A model generated the notes under the pieces. It was given only the letters and a program-made list of their open reading frames with translations, was not told the DNA's origin and did no database searches. Below, piece by piece: positions 38,933 through 50,599 of a stretch of 64,000 bases of DNA. Every line of letters begins with the position of its first letter. Position 1 is the first letter of the stretch. Source of the DNA: Octopus vulgaris. Taxonomy: Eukaryota. A program made the position numbers and the translations under genes. Location: NCBI GenBank assembly GCA_951406725.2, contig OX597831.1, positions 72,602,001 to 72,666,000 on the forward strand. The letters are read 5' to 3'.

Positions 38933-40554
38933 AATAAGAAGTGTTAGTCTTTAAGTCACAGAGATACTGTATACAAAGCATTTCAAGTCTTCATAAAAGA
39001 CCCTAGAATGTTGGTTTCAAATTTTGGCACAAGGCCAGCAATTTCAGGTGATGGGAGGGTAAGTCAATTACATTGACCCCAGTACTCAACTGGTACTTAT
39101 TTTATCAACCCAAAAGGATGAAAGGCAAAGTCAGCCTCAGTGGGGTTTGAACTCAGAATCTAAGAGTGGACACAGTGCTGTTGAGTATATGCTACCTTAA
39201 AAGACCCTAAAAATATTGTGGAGAAGAGTTATACCTTAGAAGATGTGATATTTCATAAATCGCCTGATGGACAAAAACCATCAACTTCAGTAGGTTTTGA
39301 TCTCAGAACACAGACCTAGCGAAATGCTAAAAGATATTTGGATATTTTTCTCTCACACCCTACTGATTCTGCCAGTGCAGGCTGTGCGTATGTGTCTCAT
39401 TGGTGTTTCAGTCAGCTGAGTCTCAAAGACTCCGGCTGACAAATTCCACAGAGTAAGGAACCAATATTGCAACCATGACAACATTAACGTCTGCAGCTGC
39501 GCAGAATTACTGAAACTTTGTACAGATCTGCGATGTTTCTCAAGACAAAAGAGAAGTGAGACAGAATACAAGAAAACATATGTAGATTGTCGGCAGCATT
39601 ATTAGAGTATTGGATACAATGCCATGCGGCATTTGTTCCTGGCCCCTGCACTCTGGGTTCAAATCCTGGTGAGGCCAGCTTCGTATTTCCTCTTATTGGG
39701 GGTCAGTAAAATAAAGAACCAATCCAAGATGGTGGAACTGATGGAATTGATAAAGAGTCAGTTTCAACTTTGTCCATTGTGACAGTAATCCCAGTGAGAG
39801 GCACTGGTGCCATGCTGCCTGCACTGGCTCAGGATGGTGACCTTTCTCTTGGATAAACATCAGTGGCAGGCAGAGAGAGAAGACATGGGTAACAGTTGGT
39901 CATTCTCAGAAAATCTTGTCCAGGCCTGCAACACACGTATTTACAGACGAATGGTCAACATTGACCGACGGAGGTCCTGCTTTAACACCAGGTCAACCCT
40001 AATCTGGCAGGTCAATGATTAAAAGCAATCCAACCAGAATTTTTTCATGCAGAGTGTATCTAAGAACACATTATCTAATAATATGAAGGTGCTTGACTCA
40101 TGATTGTAAGGTCAGGAGTTCAATTCCCAGCAGCACATCGGGTCCTTGAGCAAGACTTTATTTCACATTGCTCCAGTTTACTCAGCTGGTAAAAATGAGT
40201 GGTACCAGTAATTCACAAGGGCCAGCCTTGTCACATTTTGTGTCGTGCTGAATCTCCCTGAGAACTATGTTAAGGTTTCCCATGTCTGTGGAGTACTCAG
40301 CCACTTGCACATTAATTTTGCAAGCACGCTGTTCCATTCATCACATCCACAGGAACCCTTGATAACTGACAATATCAGTTTCTCTAATACGTCTTTGACA
40401 TTTAGCTGCTATTTTTAGCATATTAAGCCACCATACAAAAGCTCCTTTAATGACTGACTCTTCTCTAAGAAAATTGGTTTTCCTATTTTTATTTTATTTT
40501 GGTTAGTGCTGATCTAAATAGATAGTAAAGCAGTCTGGTCTGTTGGTCACTTAC

Positions 40555-40618
40555 CTGGACATAGAATGTTCTCTTTGAGGTAATTATTTCAAATAGGTTA
40601 TCTCTGTCAAGGTGTGTC
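40555..40618 (-). CDS. PLEKHA1: PLEKHA1/2-like exon (THLDRDNLFEIITSKRTFYVQ)
   Basis: TTTCAG acceptor, GTAAGT donor, 64 bp, phase 2 to 0, complementing the previous exon. RDNLFEI..RTFYVQ is nearly identical to TAPP PH2. Confidence 0.92.
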
Positions 40619-41635
40619 CTGAAACAAATTAGAAAAAAAAAAATAATAATAATAATAATTGTTTCTAATTTAAGCAGATGGTCAGCAAGTTTTGTGAAAG
40701 GTGGTGGGCAGGATTAGATTGACCTCAGTATCTGACTGGTATTTCATTTTATTGATCCCCCTCCCCCTCCAGAAGGATGAAGCATGAAGCTAGCCTGAAT
40801 AGGATTTGAACTCAAAACAAAGCTTTTTTTGTTGATCATTATTATTTGCAAACAAATTGCAGCTGCAAGAGTTACCAGTTGAAAGCTCCACATGGATTTG
40901 CTAGTACACCTAGGGAGGGGGGATCATTAAGAGAGAATGTGTGCCATTTCAGGGCCTTCCTCTCCAATAGCATTAATACACACCAGACCCACTCACTGAG
41001 ATGAGGCCCTTCATGTTATATCAATTGGTCCCTAGGTTTTGCTCAATATTCTTCAAGCCTTTGCTCATTGTCTCTTTTAACCAAATCCAATGGCTTTTCT
41101 TCTCCACTGCATCATTCATGATGGTGTTTGTTTCATAAGGAGTTAAACCTAGAGGCAACCACTATCATCCCATACTGCGCCCAATGAATCCTCTACAACC
41201 AACTTCTAATGGATAATGCATTGTGTCTATAATATATTGGCGTCAGTCTTTGTCACTTAATCCTTTAGCATTTAAACCAGCCATACCTGGCCAAAAATAA
41301 TCTACCTGTATTATCTCCAAACTGGCCAGATCAAACCTCTCACACCTACCCTACAATATTATTCTAAAAACAAACAATCACGTCATTGAAATCTCAAAGC
41401 TACAAAGTAATACAGAATTATTTACATTTGACAGATATTTGTCCTCATTTTAATAATAAATCTCAGAGCAAGTTATAAACAGTAGCTACAACACATCGTG
41501 ACGTATATTTGCCATTTAAATATGGCTAACCCCTAAGGGTGGATGCTACTGTAGTTTGTAGCCCCAGGAGGACACCTCCTCCAGCTGGCTATAGACACAC
41601 TTTCTGTGCCCTATGTCCTCATTTTGTTTGTTGTT

Positions 41636-41681
41636 AACACAACGTTTCGGCTGATATACTCTCCAGCCTTCATCAGGTGTC
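41636..41681 (-). ncRNA. Minimal type I hammerhead ribozyme motif
   Basis: The minus strand reads GACAC-CUGAUGA-A-GGCUG(gagaguauau)CAGCC-GAA-AC-GU-U-GUGUU: stem I, intact core, stem II, palindromic ACGU stem III and a GUU cleavage triplet. Confidence 0.75.
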
Positions 41682-41985
41682 TTGGGGAAATTTCAAACCT
41701 TGGTTCTCATTCCTAAAGTATTTTTCAATATTATTATTATTATTATAGCGGCGAGCTGGCAAAAACGTTAGCACACCAGACAAAATGCTTAGCAGCATTT
41801 CGTCTGCCGTTATATTCTATATTCAAATTCCGCCGAGGTCAACTTTGCCTTTCATCCTTTTGGGGGTCGATTAAATAAGTACCAGTTACACACTGCGATC
41901 GATGTAATCGACAATCCCGTTGTCTATCTTTGTTTGTCCCCTCTGTGTTTAGCCCCCTGTGGACAATAAAGAAATAATAATAATA

Positions 41986-42022
<37 letters not shown>

Positions 42023-42166
42023 TCACTGCCTGGAATCGAACTCGGAATCTTGGGGTTAAGAGTGCAGGCTACTAACCCTAAGATTCCAGGCAGTGATCTG
42101 AATAATAATAGTAATAACATCGAAAAATACCTTAGGAATGAGAACCCAGATTCGAAGATTTCCCAA

Positions 42167-42212
42167 GACACCTGATGAAGGCTGGAGGGTATATCAGCCG
42201 AAATGTTGTTTT
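42167..42212 (+). ncRNA. Inverted second copy of the hammerhead motif (substitutions in stems III and I)
   Basis: GACAC-CTGATGA-A-GGCTG(gagggtatat)CAGCC-GAAAT-GTT-GTTTT. Confidence 0.6.
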
Positions 42213-42485
42213 AACAACAAACAAGATGAGGACAAATATCTGTCAAATGTAAATAATGTACATAGTTCCTCGTCTCTTAAATACAGAACTGCAAAGCAGG
42301 ATTAATTCAAAATAATGTAAATAAATAAGGATTACATTTGACAGAGTAATCTGGATGCTAAAACGGTTAAATCTCAAATCTAGTTTCATACAGATTCATA
42401 AAAATGATGCAATCATTTATCAAGAAGTTCCGTGCAACCAAACCTTACTGGTTAATCCTTTTATGAGCAATGTTTCTCTTGAAAT

Positions 42486-42870
42486 GCGGAGGCACAATGG
42501 CCCAGTGGTTAGGGCAGCGGACTCGCGGTCGTAGGATCGCGGTTTTGATTCCCAGACCGGGCGTTGTGAGTGTTTATTGAGCGAAAACACCTAAAGCTCC
42601 ACGAGGCTCCGGCAGGGGATGGTGGTAATCCCTGCTGTACTCTTTCACCACAACTTTCTCTCACTCTTTCTTCCTGTTTCTGTTGTACCTGTATTTTTAG
42701 GTGCCGGCCTTGTCACTCTCTGTGTCACGCTGAATATCCCCGAGAACTACGTTAAGGGTACACGTGTCTGTGGAGTGCTCAGCCACTTGCACGTTAATTT
42801 CACGAGAAGCTGTTCCGTTGATCGGATCAACCGGAACCCTCGTCGTCGTAACCGACGGAGTGCTTCCATT
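42486..42870 (+). mobile_element. SINE with the family C head and a different 3' body
   Basis: Same head as 28850-29153; 3' body shared with about 12960-13135, 40200-40370, 11820-12120(-) and 22640-22880(-). TTTCTCTTGAAAT is duplicated at the flanks (42473 and about 42869). Confidence 0.8.
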
Positions 42871-43583
42871 TCTCTTGAAATACACTGCCTCGGTTTCAGA
42901 TAATTTTGAAAATGAAGAATTTAGCAAAATAACTGTCATTATCAATCAGGTGTTTGGAACTTAAATTAACAAGAAATTTTAATGAAAGATTTTAATTTAG
43001 ATCACTTTAAAAAGGGGAAGTTTGTACCATAGAACCAGAAGCAATCGGCATCAAAAAGATACCAACCCGTCTCTACTTCGCAAAAGATTGCTTCCCTATC
43101 ATGAGGTATTAAGTTCAATCCCAGTGTATGGCATAAATACCCAAGATTACCACATTCCTTTTGAATAAAACTGGGTCATCTGAATGGTCATCGAGTGGAC
43201 TGCCATACCTGTAATTCAGCGGTCTGGCTTTGTTACACACAAATGTGTCCAATTGTGTCTAGAGACTACAGTGAGAGTGGAAGCCTCTGTGGAGTACTCA
43301 GCCACTAACATTTTAATTCAATAAGTGGGTAGCTCAGTTGATTGAATTGTTAACCGATTATTCGATAAACCTGTTTTTATTCACTGATAAATAAAGTTGA
43401 CCAGATAATGGTGACAATGTGAAAAGTCTCTCTCTCACACAGACACAGAAATACAGAATCACAATATACAAGAGAGAAAGAGTAAGAGAAGTGGGAGGGG
43501 GTGAGAGAGGAAGAAGAGATAACTGAGAGAGTGAGGAGTGCAGGAAAAGATCAATGGAGACAAGAGACAATGTGTCTACTTAC

Positions 43584-43645
43584 GCAATTGACTTTTTAAC
43601 TTCTAGTAGATTATTTTTAGGTATTGTTCGTATTGGAGACAGTGA
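43584..43645 (-). CDS. PLEKHA1: PLEKHA1/2-like exon (SLSPIRTIPKNNLLEVKKSIA)
   Basis: TTTCAG acceptor, GTAAGT donor, 62 bp, phase 0 to 2. PIRTIP resembles TAPP PLRVIP. Confidence 0.85.
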
Positions 43646-44089
43646 CTGAAAGAAATGGCAAGAGAAGTTAAAGAGATATTTATGGACGAACAATATCAGG
43701 AATAATAAATGCCACACAAGATACAGTTCTCTGTTTATTACACATACACACACACATAATATGGTAATAAAAGCAAGAGAAATTGAAGATATTTATGGAA
43801 TGACAATATCAGGAAAAAGAAATACCACACAAAAACGGTTTAAGATTTTGGCACAAGACCAATAATTTCAAGAAAGGGGATAAATCAATTACACTGAATC
43901 CAGTCCTCAACTGGTATTTATTTTATTGACCCCTGAAAGGACAAAAGGCAAGGTTGACCATGGCAAAATCTTCCTTTAGAATATGAAGACAAAATGCACC
44001 TGAGCATTTTACCTGGTGGCTTAACGGTTCCACCAGCTGGCCACCTTAATACCGCACGATAATACACATTGTGTAATAGTACACACATA

Positions 44090-44251
44090 GGCGCAGGACT
44101 GGCTGTGTGGTAAGTAGCTTGTTTACCGACCACATGGTTCCGGGTTCAGTCCCACTGCGTGGAACCTTGGGCAAGTGTCTTCTACTATAGCCTCGGGCCG
44201 ACCAAAGCCTTGTGAGTGGATTTGGTAGACGGAAACTGAAAGAAGCCTGTC

Positions 44252-44293
<42 letters not shown>

Positions 44294-44503
44294 ATGTGTG
44301 TCTGTGTTTGTCCCCCTAGCATTGCTTGACAACCGATGCTGGTGTGTTTATGTCCCCGTTACTTAGCGGTTCGGCAAAAGAGACCGATAGAATAAGTACT
44401 GGGCTTACAAAAGAATAAGTCTCGGGGTCGAGTTGCTCGATTAAAAGCGGTGCTCCAGCATGGCCGCAGTCAAATGACTGAAACAAGTAAAAGAGTAAAG
44501 AGT
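44090..44503 (+). mobile_element. SINE family A, full-length copy
   Basis: Same sequence as 10996-11380; (GTAAAAGA)n-like tail. Confidence 0.9.
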
Positions 44504-44604
44504 ACATAAAATGTGTGTATGTGTGCAGGATAAGGTATGTGGTAGGGGTGGATATTGTATTCTAGGTTACCTCACAGCACTCAAGACTTTTCTTATACGT
44601 TGTG

Positions 44605-45035
44605 GCCATCTGAGTGTGATCGTTGCCAGGGCCGCTGACTGGCTCCTGTGCTGGAGGCATGTAAAAAGCACCATTTGAGCGTGATCGTTGCCAGCGTCAC
44701 CCTACTGGTACATGTGCCAGTGGCACGTGAAAAACAACATTCGAGCGTTGTCATTGCCAGTGCCGCCAGGCTGGCTCCTGTGCAGGTGGCACGTAAAAAA
44801 CATCTTTTGAGAGTGGTCGTTGCAAGTACAGCCTGACTGGCCCTCGTGCCGGTGGCACGTAAAAGCATCCACTACACTCTCAGAGTGGTTGGTGTTAGGA
44901 AGGACATCCAGCTGTAGAAACTCTGCCAGATCAGATTGGAGCCTGGTGCAGCTTTCTGGCTCACCATTCCTCAGTCAAACCATCCAACCCATGCCAGCAT
45001 GGAAAGCAGACGTTAAACGACGATGATGATGATGT
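44605..45035 (+). mobile_element. Repeat family D (internal units of about 60 bp, ...GGAAGGGCATCCAGC..., (GAT)n tail)
   Basis: Copies at 12310-12635, 15280-15670(-), 24635-24843, 32560-32940, 47730-48123, 49890-50100, 55800-56130 and 61950-62598. Confidence 0.8.
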
Positions 45036-45609
45036 GACATGGTTCTCCTATTACAACTATTATAATAATCATTTCGAATATAGTCATAAAACCAGAATTG
45101 TAGTTGTTTATTGTATTAACACCAGTATTTAACTGGTACTTTATTTTATCAGCCCCAGAAGGGTCTCTCTGCTTAGACCCTATCCTTCCATCCTCCACTC
45201 CCAATACCTCAAAACTACCACAATATCGTTTCAGTCATTTGACTACCTGAATGAGGAGGCCTCTATGCAGTCACTTGACCTAGCTAGAAATGGCAGTGAA
45301 ACATCTCAAACAATACCCTACAGAAGAAAGGATATATTTGGTAAAATAGCAAAAGATAAGATGATCGATAACAACAAGATAAATAAGTTGGGTTTTTTTT
45401 TTGTAGCTATTTGGTTTGTCAAAAGTGTTTACAGAGGAACAGGTATGGTCAGTTGACTGGACTGGTTTATAAGGGGTCATCATTTTATTGAAGCCAGAAC
45501 AGGAAAAGATAAAACTAAAAACTTTCAAGCACTGAAGTCCAGTTTCCTACAGTTTGCACCAACACACTGGCTTTTAATATCAAACCTGGTAGTGATTTCA
45601 ATATAGAGG

Positions 45610-45840
45610 CAACAAGGGTCTCACCTTGGACACAGCAAGGGTCTTGTCTCAGATGCAGCAAAGATCACATCTCAGATGCAGCAAGGGTCTTGCTTTAGAT
45701 GCAGCGAGGGTCTAGTCTTGGATGCAGCAAGAGTTTCCACATGTACACAGCAAGGGTTTTGTCTTAAGACATAGTAAGGGTCTAGATACAACAAATGTCA
45801 TGTTTTAGACACAAGGGTTGCATCTTAAATACAAGGATAA
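45610..45840. repeat. Degenerate 23-bp minisatellite, about 10 units
   Basis: Consensus CAGCAAGGGTCTTGTCTCAGATG. Confidence 0.8.
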
Positions 45841-46237
45841 CATCTTATAAGACTCAGATTTGAATCTGGCTGAAGATTTTCATTCTGGAGAGAATTTTCC
45901 CAAATCTTAAAACATTTACTTTCCACAATAGGGCCACAACAAAATCCTCAGGGTATCTTTTCCTGGAACCTTACCAATTCTGTTCATCCACTGCCAAGAT
46001 TAGCACAAGGCTGCAGATTTTTGAAGTGGGGACAGTTGCATTAATTGTATCAACACTAGTATATGACTGGTAGAAGGAAGAATGGTAAAGTCTATCTAGG
46101 CGGAACTTGAACACATACAATAAAGTGCCTTTACTTACCACAACAAGAACAGTTAAAAGAATACTGAAAAAAAAATCTTAAATTACAAACAATAAAAAAG
46201 ACAAATTCCTAATTACAGAAAATAATTAAAAACTTAC

Positions 46238-46306
46238 TTGTTCTGATTGATAATATGAAATTCCTTGATCTGTGAGTACAAAAAACCTCCGTTTCCAGCT
46301 TTTCCG
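46238..46306 (-). CDS. PLEKHA1: PLEKHA1/2-like exon (RKSWKRRFFVLTDQGISYYQSEQ)
   Basis: Poly-T tract plus TCTTAG acceptor, GTAAGT donor, 69 bp. WKRRFF is the PH beta2 motif. Confidence 0.9.
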
Positions 46307-46920
46307 CTAAGAGATTAGGAAAAAAAAAAAATAATAATAATTGTGTCTAATTTCAGGACAAGATCAATAATTTTAAAGGGTGGTTGTAGAGTCAGTCAAT
46401 TAAATAAACCCCCACCACCACCACCACCACCCTCAGATGAATGAAAAGCAAAGCTGACTGTTGCAGAATTTGAACTGAAAACGTAAAGATTCAGAACAAA
46501 TAATACTATAGTCACAAGGCCAGCAATTTGAGGGAAGTTGAGCCAAGTTGATTCTATTGACCCCTGTGTTCAACTGGTATTTATTTCATCAACCCTGAAA
46601 GGTTTGAAAGGCAAAGCTGACCTTGATGGTGTTTGAACTGAGAACTGGAGGAACTGAAAGAGATGCTACTGAGCATTTTGTCTGATGTAGCAATGATTCT
46701 GCCAGCGATGATGATGATGATGATGGTGATTTCAAATTTTGGCAAAATGCCAGCAATTTTAGGGAGAGGTTTTAGTCAATTGCTTATTCCACTGGTCCCT
46801 TGAAAGGGTGAAAAGAAAAGTTTCTATGATAGGATTTGGGATTAGATCGTAAAGGACCAGAAGAAATGTTGCGAAACATTTTGTCTGACATTCTAACAAT
46901 TCTACCAACTTGCTGTCTTC

Positions 46921-46958
<38 letters not shown>

Positions 46959-48145
46959 CATAATCATTTAACATCCGTTTTTCATGCTGGTATGGGTTGG
47001 ACTGCTTGACAGAAACTTATTTTCTTTAAACCTGATATTTATTTTACTGGTTTCTTTTGGTGAACTGCTAAGATATGGGGACATAAACACACCAACATTG
47101 GTTGTCAGGTGGTGGTCAGGGACAAACGCACACACACATATATATATACATATACACACACACACAGCAAGCTTCTTTCAGTTTCTGTCCATCAAATCCA
47201 CTCACAAGACTTTGGTCAGTCCAAGGCTATAATAGAAGATACTTGCCCAAAGTACCATGTGGTGGAACTGAACCCAGAGCCAGTTGGTCAAGAAGCAAGC
47301 TTCTTACCAGACAGTCACACCATTTTAATGATTTCCTTACTGATGTTCTATACTGGATTGGAGAGGACAGCTCTGTCATCCAAAAGTTTTTTCCCTTACA
47401 ATTTAGTCTTATCTGTGAAACTCAACATTCTTAGATCTAACCCTAACCATTTCTACCCTGGTCTTCTTTTGGCCAACTTCTACCACAACTAAAACCATCC
47501 ACCACCAACACACAACATTCTTTCACCCACTGTTCATCATCCCTTTACATTATGTCACTCTTCCTGTCCCCGGTGCAGTCAACTCCCCCCCCCCCCCGTG
47601 TACTTGAACCACAGCACTCCTCGACTGTTTGACCACATTCAAACTCCTGTCTCTTGACCCACTGTAAACCACTTTCTAATTTCACTGCCACAAGGGACAA
47701 ACAAACAAATAGACACACAGACAGACAAATACATATCTCAGTGGCATGTAAAATGCAACAACCGAACGTGGTTGATGCCAGCCCCCTTGCCCTGACTGGC
47801 TTCTGTGCCAGTGGCACATAAAAGCACCATCCAAACATGGACGATGCCAGCACTGCCTTGACTGGCTCCCATGCCGGTGACACGTAAAAAGCATTATCCA
47901 ATCATAGTCGATGCCAGCCCCCCCCCCCCCTGGCCCCTGTGCCAGTGGCATGAAAAAGCACCCACCACATTCTAGGGGTGGTTGGCGTTAAGAAGGGCAT
48001 CCAGCCATAGAAACATTGCCAGATCAGACTGGTGCCTGGTGCAGCCTCCTGGCTTTCCAGACCCCAGTCGAACCGTCCAACCGATGCCAGCATGGAAAAT
48101 GGATGCTAAACGATGATGATGATATACATACACACACACACACAC

Positions 48146-48185
<40 letters not shown>

Positions 48186-48263
48186 TGGAGTAAACACATA
48201 AATGTGAAACAAGGTGGAAAAAAGAATACTCAAATATTTAAAAGCAGTTTTTGCTAGCAAAAA

Positions 48264-48301
48264 CTGTCCGACGACCGGGAACGTGAAACTCAGAGTAACA
48301 G
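48264..48301 (+). ncRNA. Hammerhead-like motif with variant core CCGACGA
   Basis: CTGT-CCGACGA-CCG(GGAA)CGT-GAA-ACTC(A)GAGT-A-ACAG gives stems I, II (one mismatch) and III with a GUA triplet. Flanked by inverted TATTTAAAAGCAG (48235) and CTGCTTTTAAATA (48320). Confidence 0.55.
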
Positions 48302-48334
48302 GTTTTGTTGAATTTTCTGCTGCTTTTAAATAAA

Positions 48335-48385
<51 letters not shown>

Positions 48386-48452
48386 AGCCCTGCTGTCACA
48401 GAAAGGTTTTGAAATTGATAAGATGACATGTTTACATTTAGGATGAACTTAC

Positions 48453-48572
48453 CACAGCTCCCTGTTTGACAGCATAACCAGACTTGTGAGCTGCGAGATG
48501 GCAAGCTGGGGTACCTCGGCCGGAGACATTATCATCACTATCAGCACTTCCACTTAACTCATCAGGGTTTGT
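48453..48572 (-). CDS. PLEKHA1: PLEKHA1/2-like exon (TNPDELSGSADSDDNVSGRGTPACHLAAHKSGYAVKQGAV; start of PH2)
   Basis: ACACAG acceptor, GTAAGT donor, 120 bp, phase 0-0. KSGYAVKQGAV matches the TAPP PH2 beta1 motif. Confidence 0.88.
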
Positions 48573-50599
48573 CTGTGTAATTAGATATTATGAAACAACT
48601 AGAAAACAATTTTGTTGCTCTTGAAAGTTTACAACAACAACAACATTTAATAAAGAAATTTCTTGTATATTCCCACGTTATTTAGACAGAAATATTGTAG
48701 CATCATTAGTCACGTATCGAAAAGGTAATTTTCCAATAAATAAATGGTAGAAACAACAATCAACAACAACAACATATTTCTTGCTGGTCGGTTGTTGACA
48801 TGACGAGGCATCGAATCTACATTTAACATATTTTAGAAGCTGCGTTTCTGCTAATTTCTCAAGCAATTACTAGATTTATTTTGGTATTCCATTCTGCAGA
48901 ATTGAAATGTTAGATGCTGTGTTTATCTCAGTTAATTTTTACATAATTATTTTTATTTAGCAGATATTTATATTTGCCAGACTTGTGAGGTTAAAATGCT
49001 AAACACTGCGTGTGTCTTGCTCAGTAGCTAATTCTAAATGAACAATTGGTTTCAAATTTTGGCACAAGGCCAGCAATCTCAGTGGAGGGAACAAAGTGAT
49101 TACACTGACCCCAGTGATCAACTGGTACTTATTTTATCGATCCCAGAAGGATGAAAGGTGAAGTCAACTCTGGCAGCATTTGAACTCAGAACAGGAACTC
49201 AGAAGAAACACTGATAAGCAATTCTTCCATTCTCATAACAATTCTGCTAGATTGCTATCTTATTTCTGAATAATCATTAGAATTATTTAGATATTACCAT
49301 CTGCAGAGTTTAAATGAGAGGCAATGTTGTTTCTCAGGAACTAATTCCTAAACCATTACATTTTGCAGATATTCCTGTGCAATGAATTAAGAAATTAGAG
49401 GGTGTGTCTTAGCTGATTGTAATTATTTTTCTTTCTGGTTTTGGCACAAGGCCGTCAATTAATTTTGAGGGGAGGGGAAAGTCAATTATATTAACCCCAG
49501 GCGAGCTGGCAGAAACGTTAGCAAGCCAGGCGAAATACTTAGTGGTATTTCGTCTGTCATTACATTCTGAGTTCAAATTCCGCCAAGGTCGACTTTGCCT
49601 TTCATCCTTTCGGGGGTCGATAAATAAAGTACCAGTTTCGCACTGGGGTCGATGTAATCGACTTAATCTCTTTGTCTGTCCTTGTTTGTCCCCTCTATGT
49701 TTAGCCCCTTGTGGGTAGTAAAGAAATATATATTAACCCCAGACCTTGACTGGTTCTTATTTTATCAAGCCTGAAAGGATGAAAGGCAAAGTTCACCTCA
49801 GCAGTACTTCTTGTGTTCTGCCTTAAATGATGTGTTAACGGTTGAGCCAGCTCTTACTACCTGTAACTTCATCCTCATCAATTCCATGATCATACTTGAG
49901 AAGAAGACCCATCAAGCCGAGCAAAATCACAGTCGTGGCAGATACTAGTGCCACACAAATTGGCACCAGTGTCACTGGCACATAAACGCATCCTGGTGTC
50001 ATGCAAATGGCACCCGTGCCAGTGGCACATAAAAGCCCACATCACACTTTCAGACTGGTTGGCCTTAGGAAAGGCATCCAGCCATAGAACCATGCCAAAT
50101 CAGCCTTCCAGCTTACCAGCTGGATACTGATATTGGCAGGATTTAAACTCTGAATATAAAGGGCTCAAGTAAATACCATGAGTATTTTCTCTAATGCTAC
50201 AAGAATCCATTTTACTATAGGCACAAAACCTAAAATTTTGAGGAAGGGGGCTAAACTTAACAGCAGTCAACATCAGAGCATAAAGACCCCTAAAATATTG
50301 TTAAGCACTTTAAACAGCATCATGCTAATGATTCTACCAACTCACCTCCACAACAACAACAACAATAATGATGATGATGATGATGATGATGATAATAATG
50401 GTTTCAAAGACCAGCAAGTTTGGGGGAGAGGTTAAATTGATTAGATCAACCCCAGTGTTCAGCTGGTCCTTATTTTATTGACCTTGAAAGGATGAAAGGC
50501 AAAGTTGACCCCAGAGGAATTTGAACTCAGAACGTAAGGACTGATGAAATGCTGCTTAGTATTTCGCCCAGCATGCTGAAGATTCTGCCAGCTTGCCAT

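Larger units (their letters stand above)
41418..42258. mobile_element. Foldback element: tRNA-like head, (AAT)n, hammerhead, present as two inverted arms; left arm interrupted by two later insertions
   Basis: 41418-41451 + 41614-41745 + 41980-42058 is the reverse complement of 42072-42258. B-box-like GAGTTCGATTCC on the minus strand near 42032-42043. Confidence 0.7.
41257..42370. mobile_element. TTAA MITE (second family) hosting the hammerhead foldback
   Basis: TTAATCCTTTAGCAT ... ATGCTAAAACGGTTAA; the flanking halves match the reverse complement of the MITE at about 32368-32954. Confidence 0.65.
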
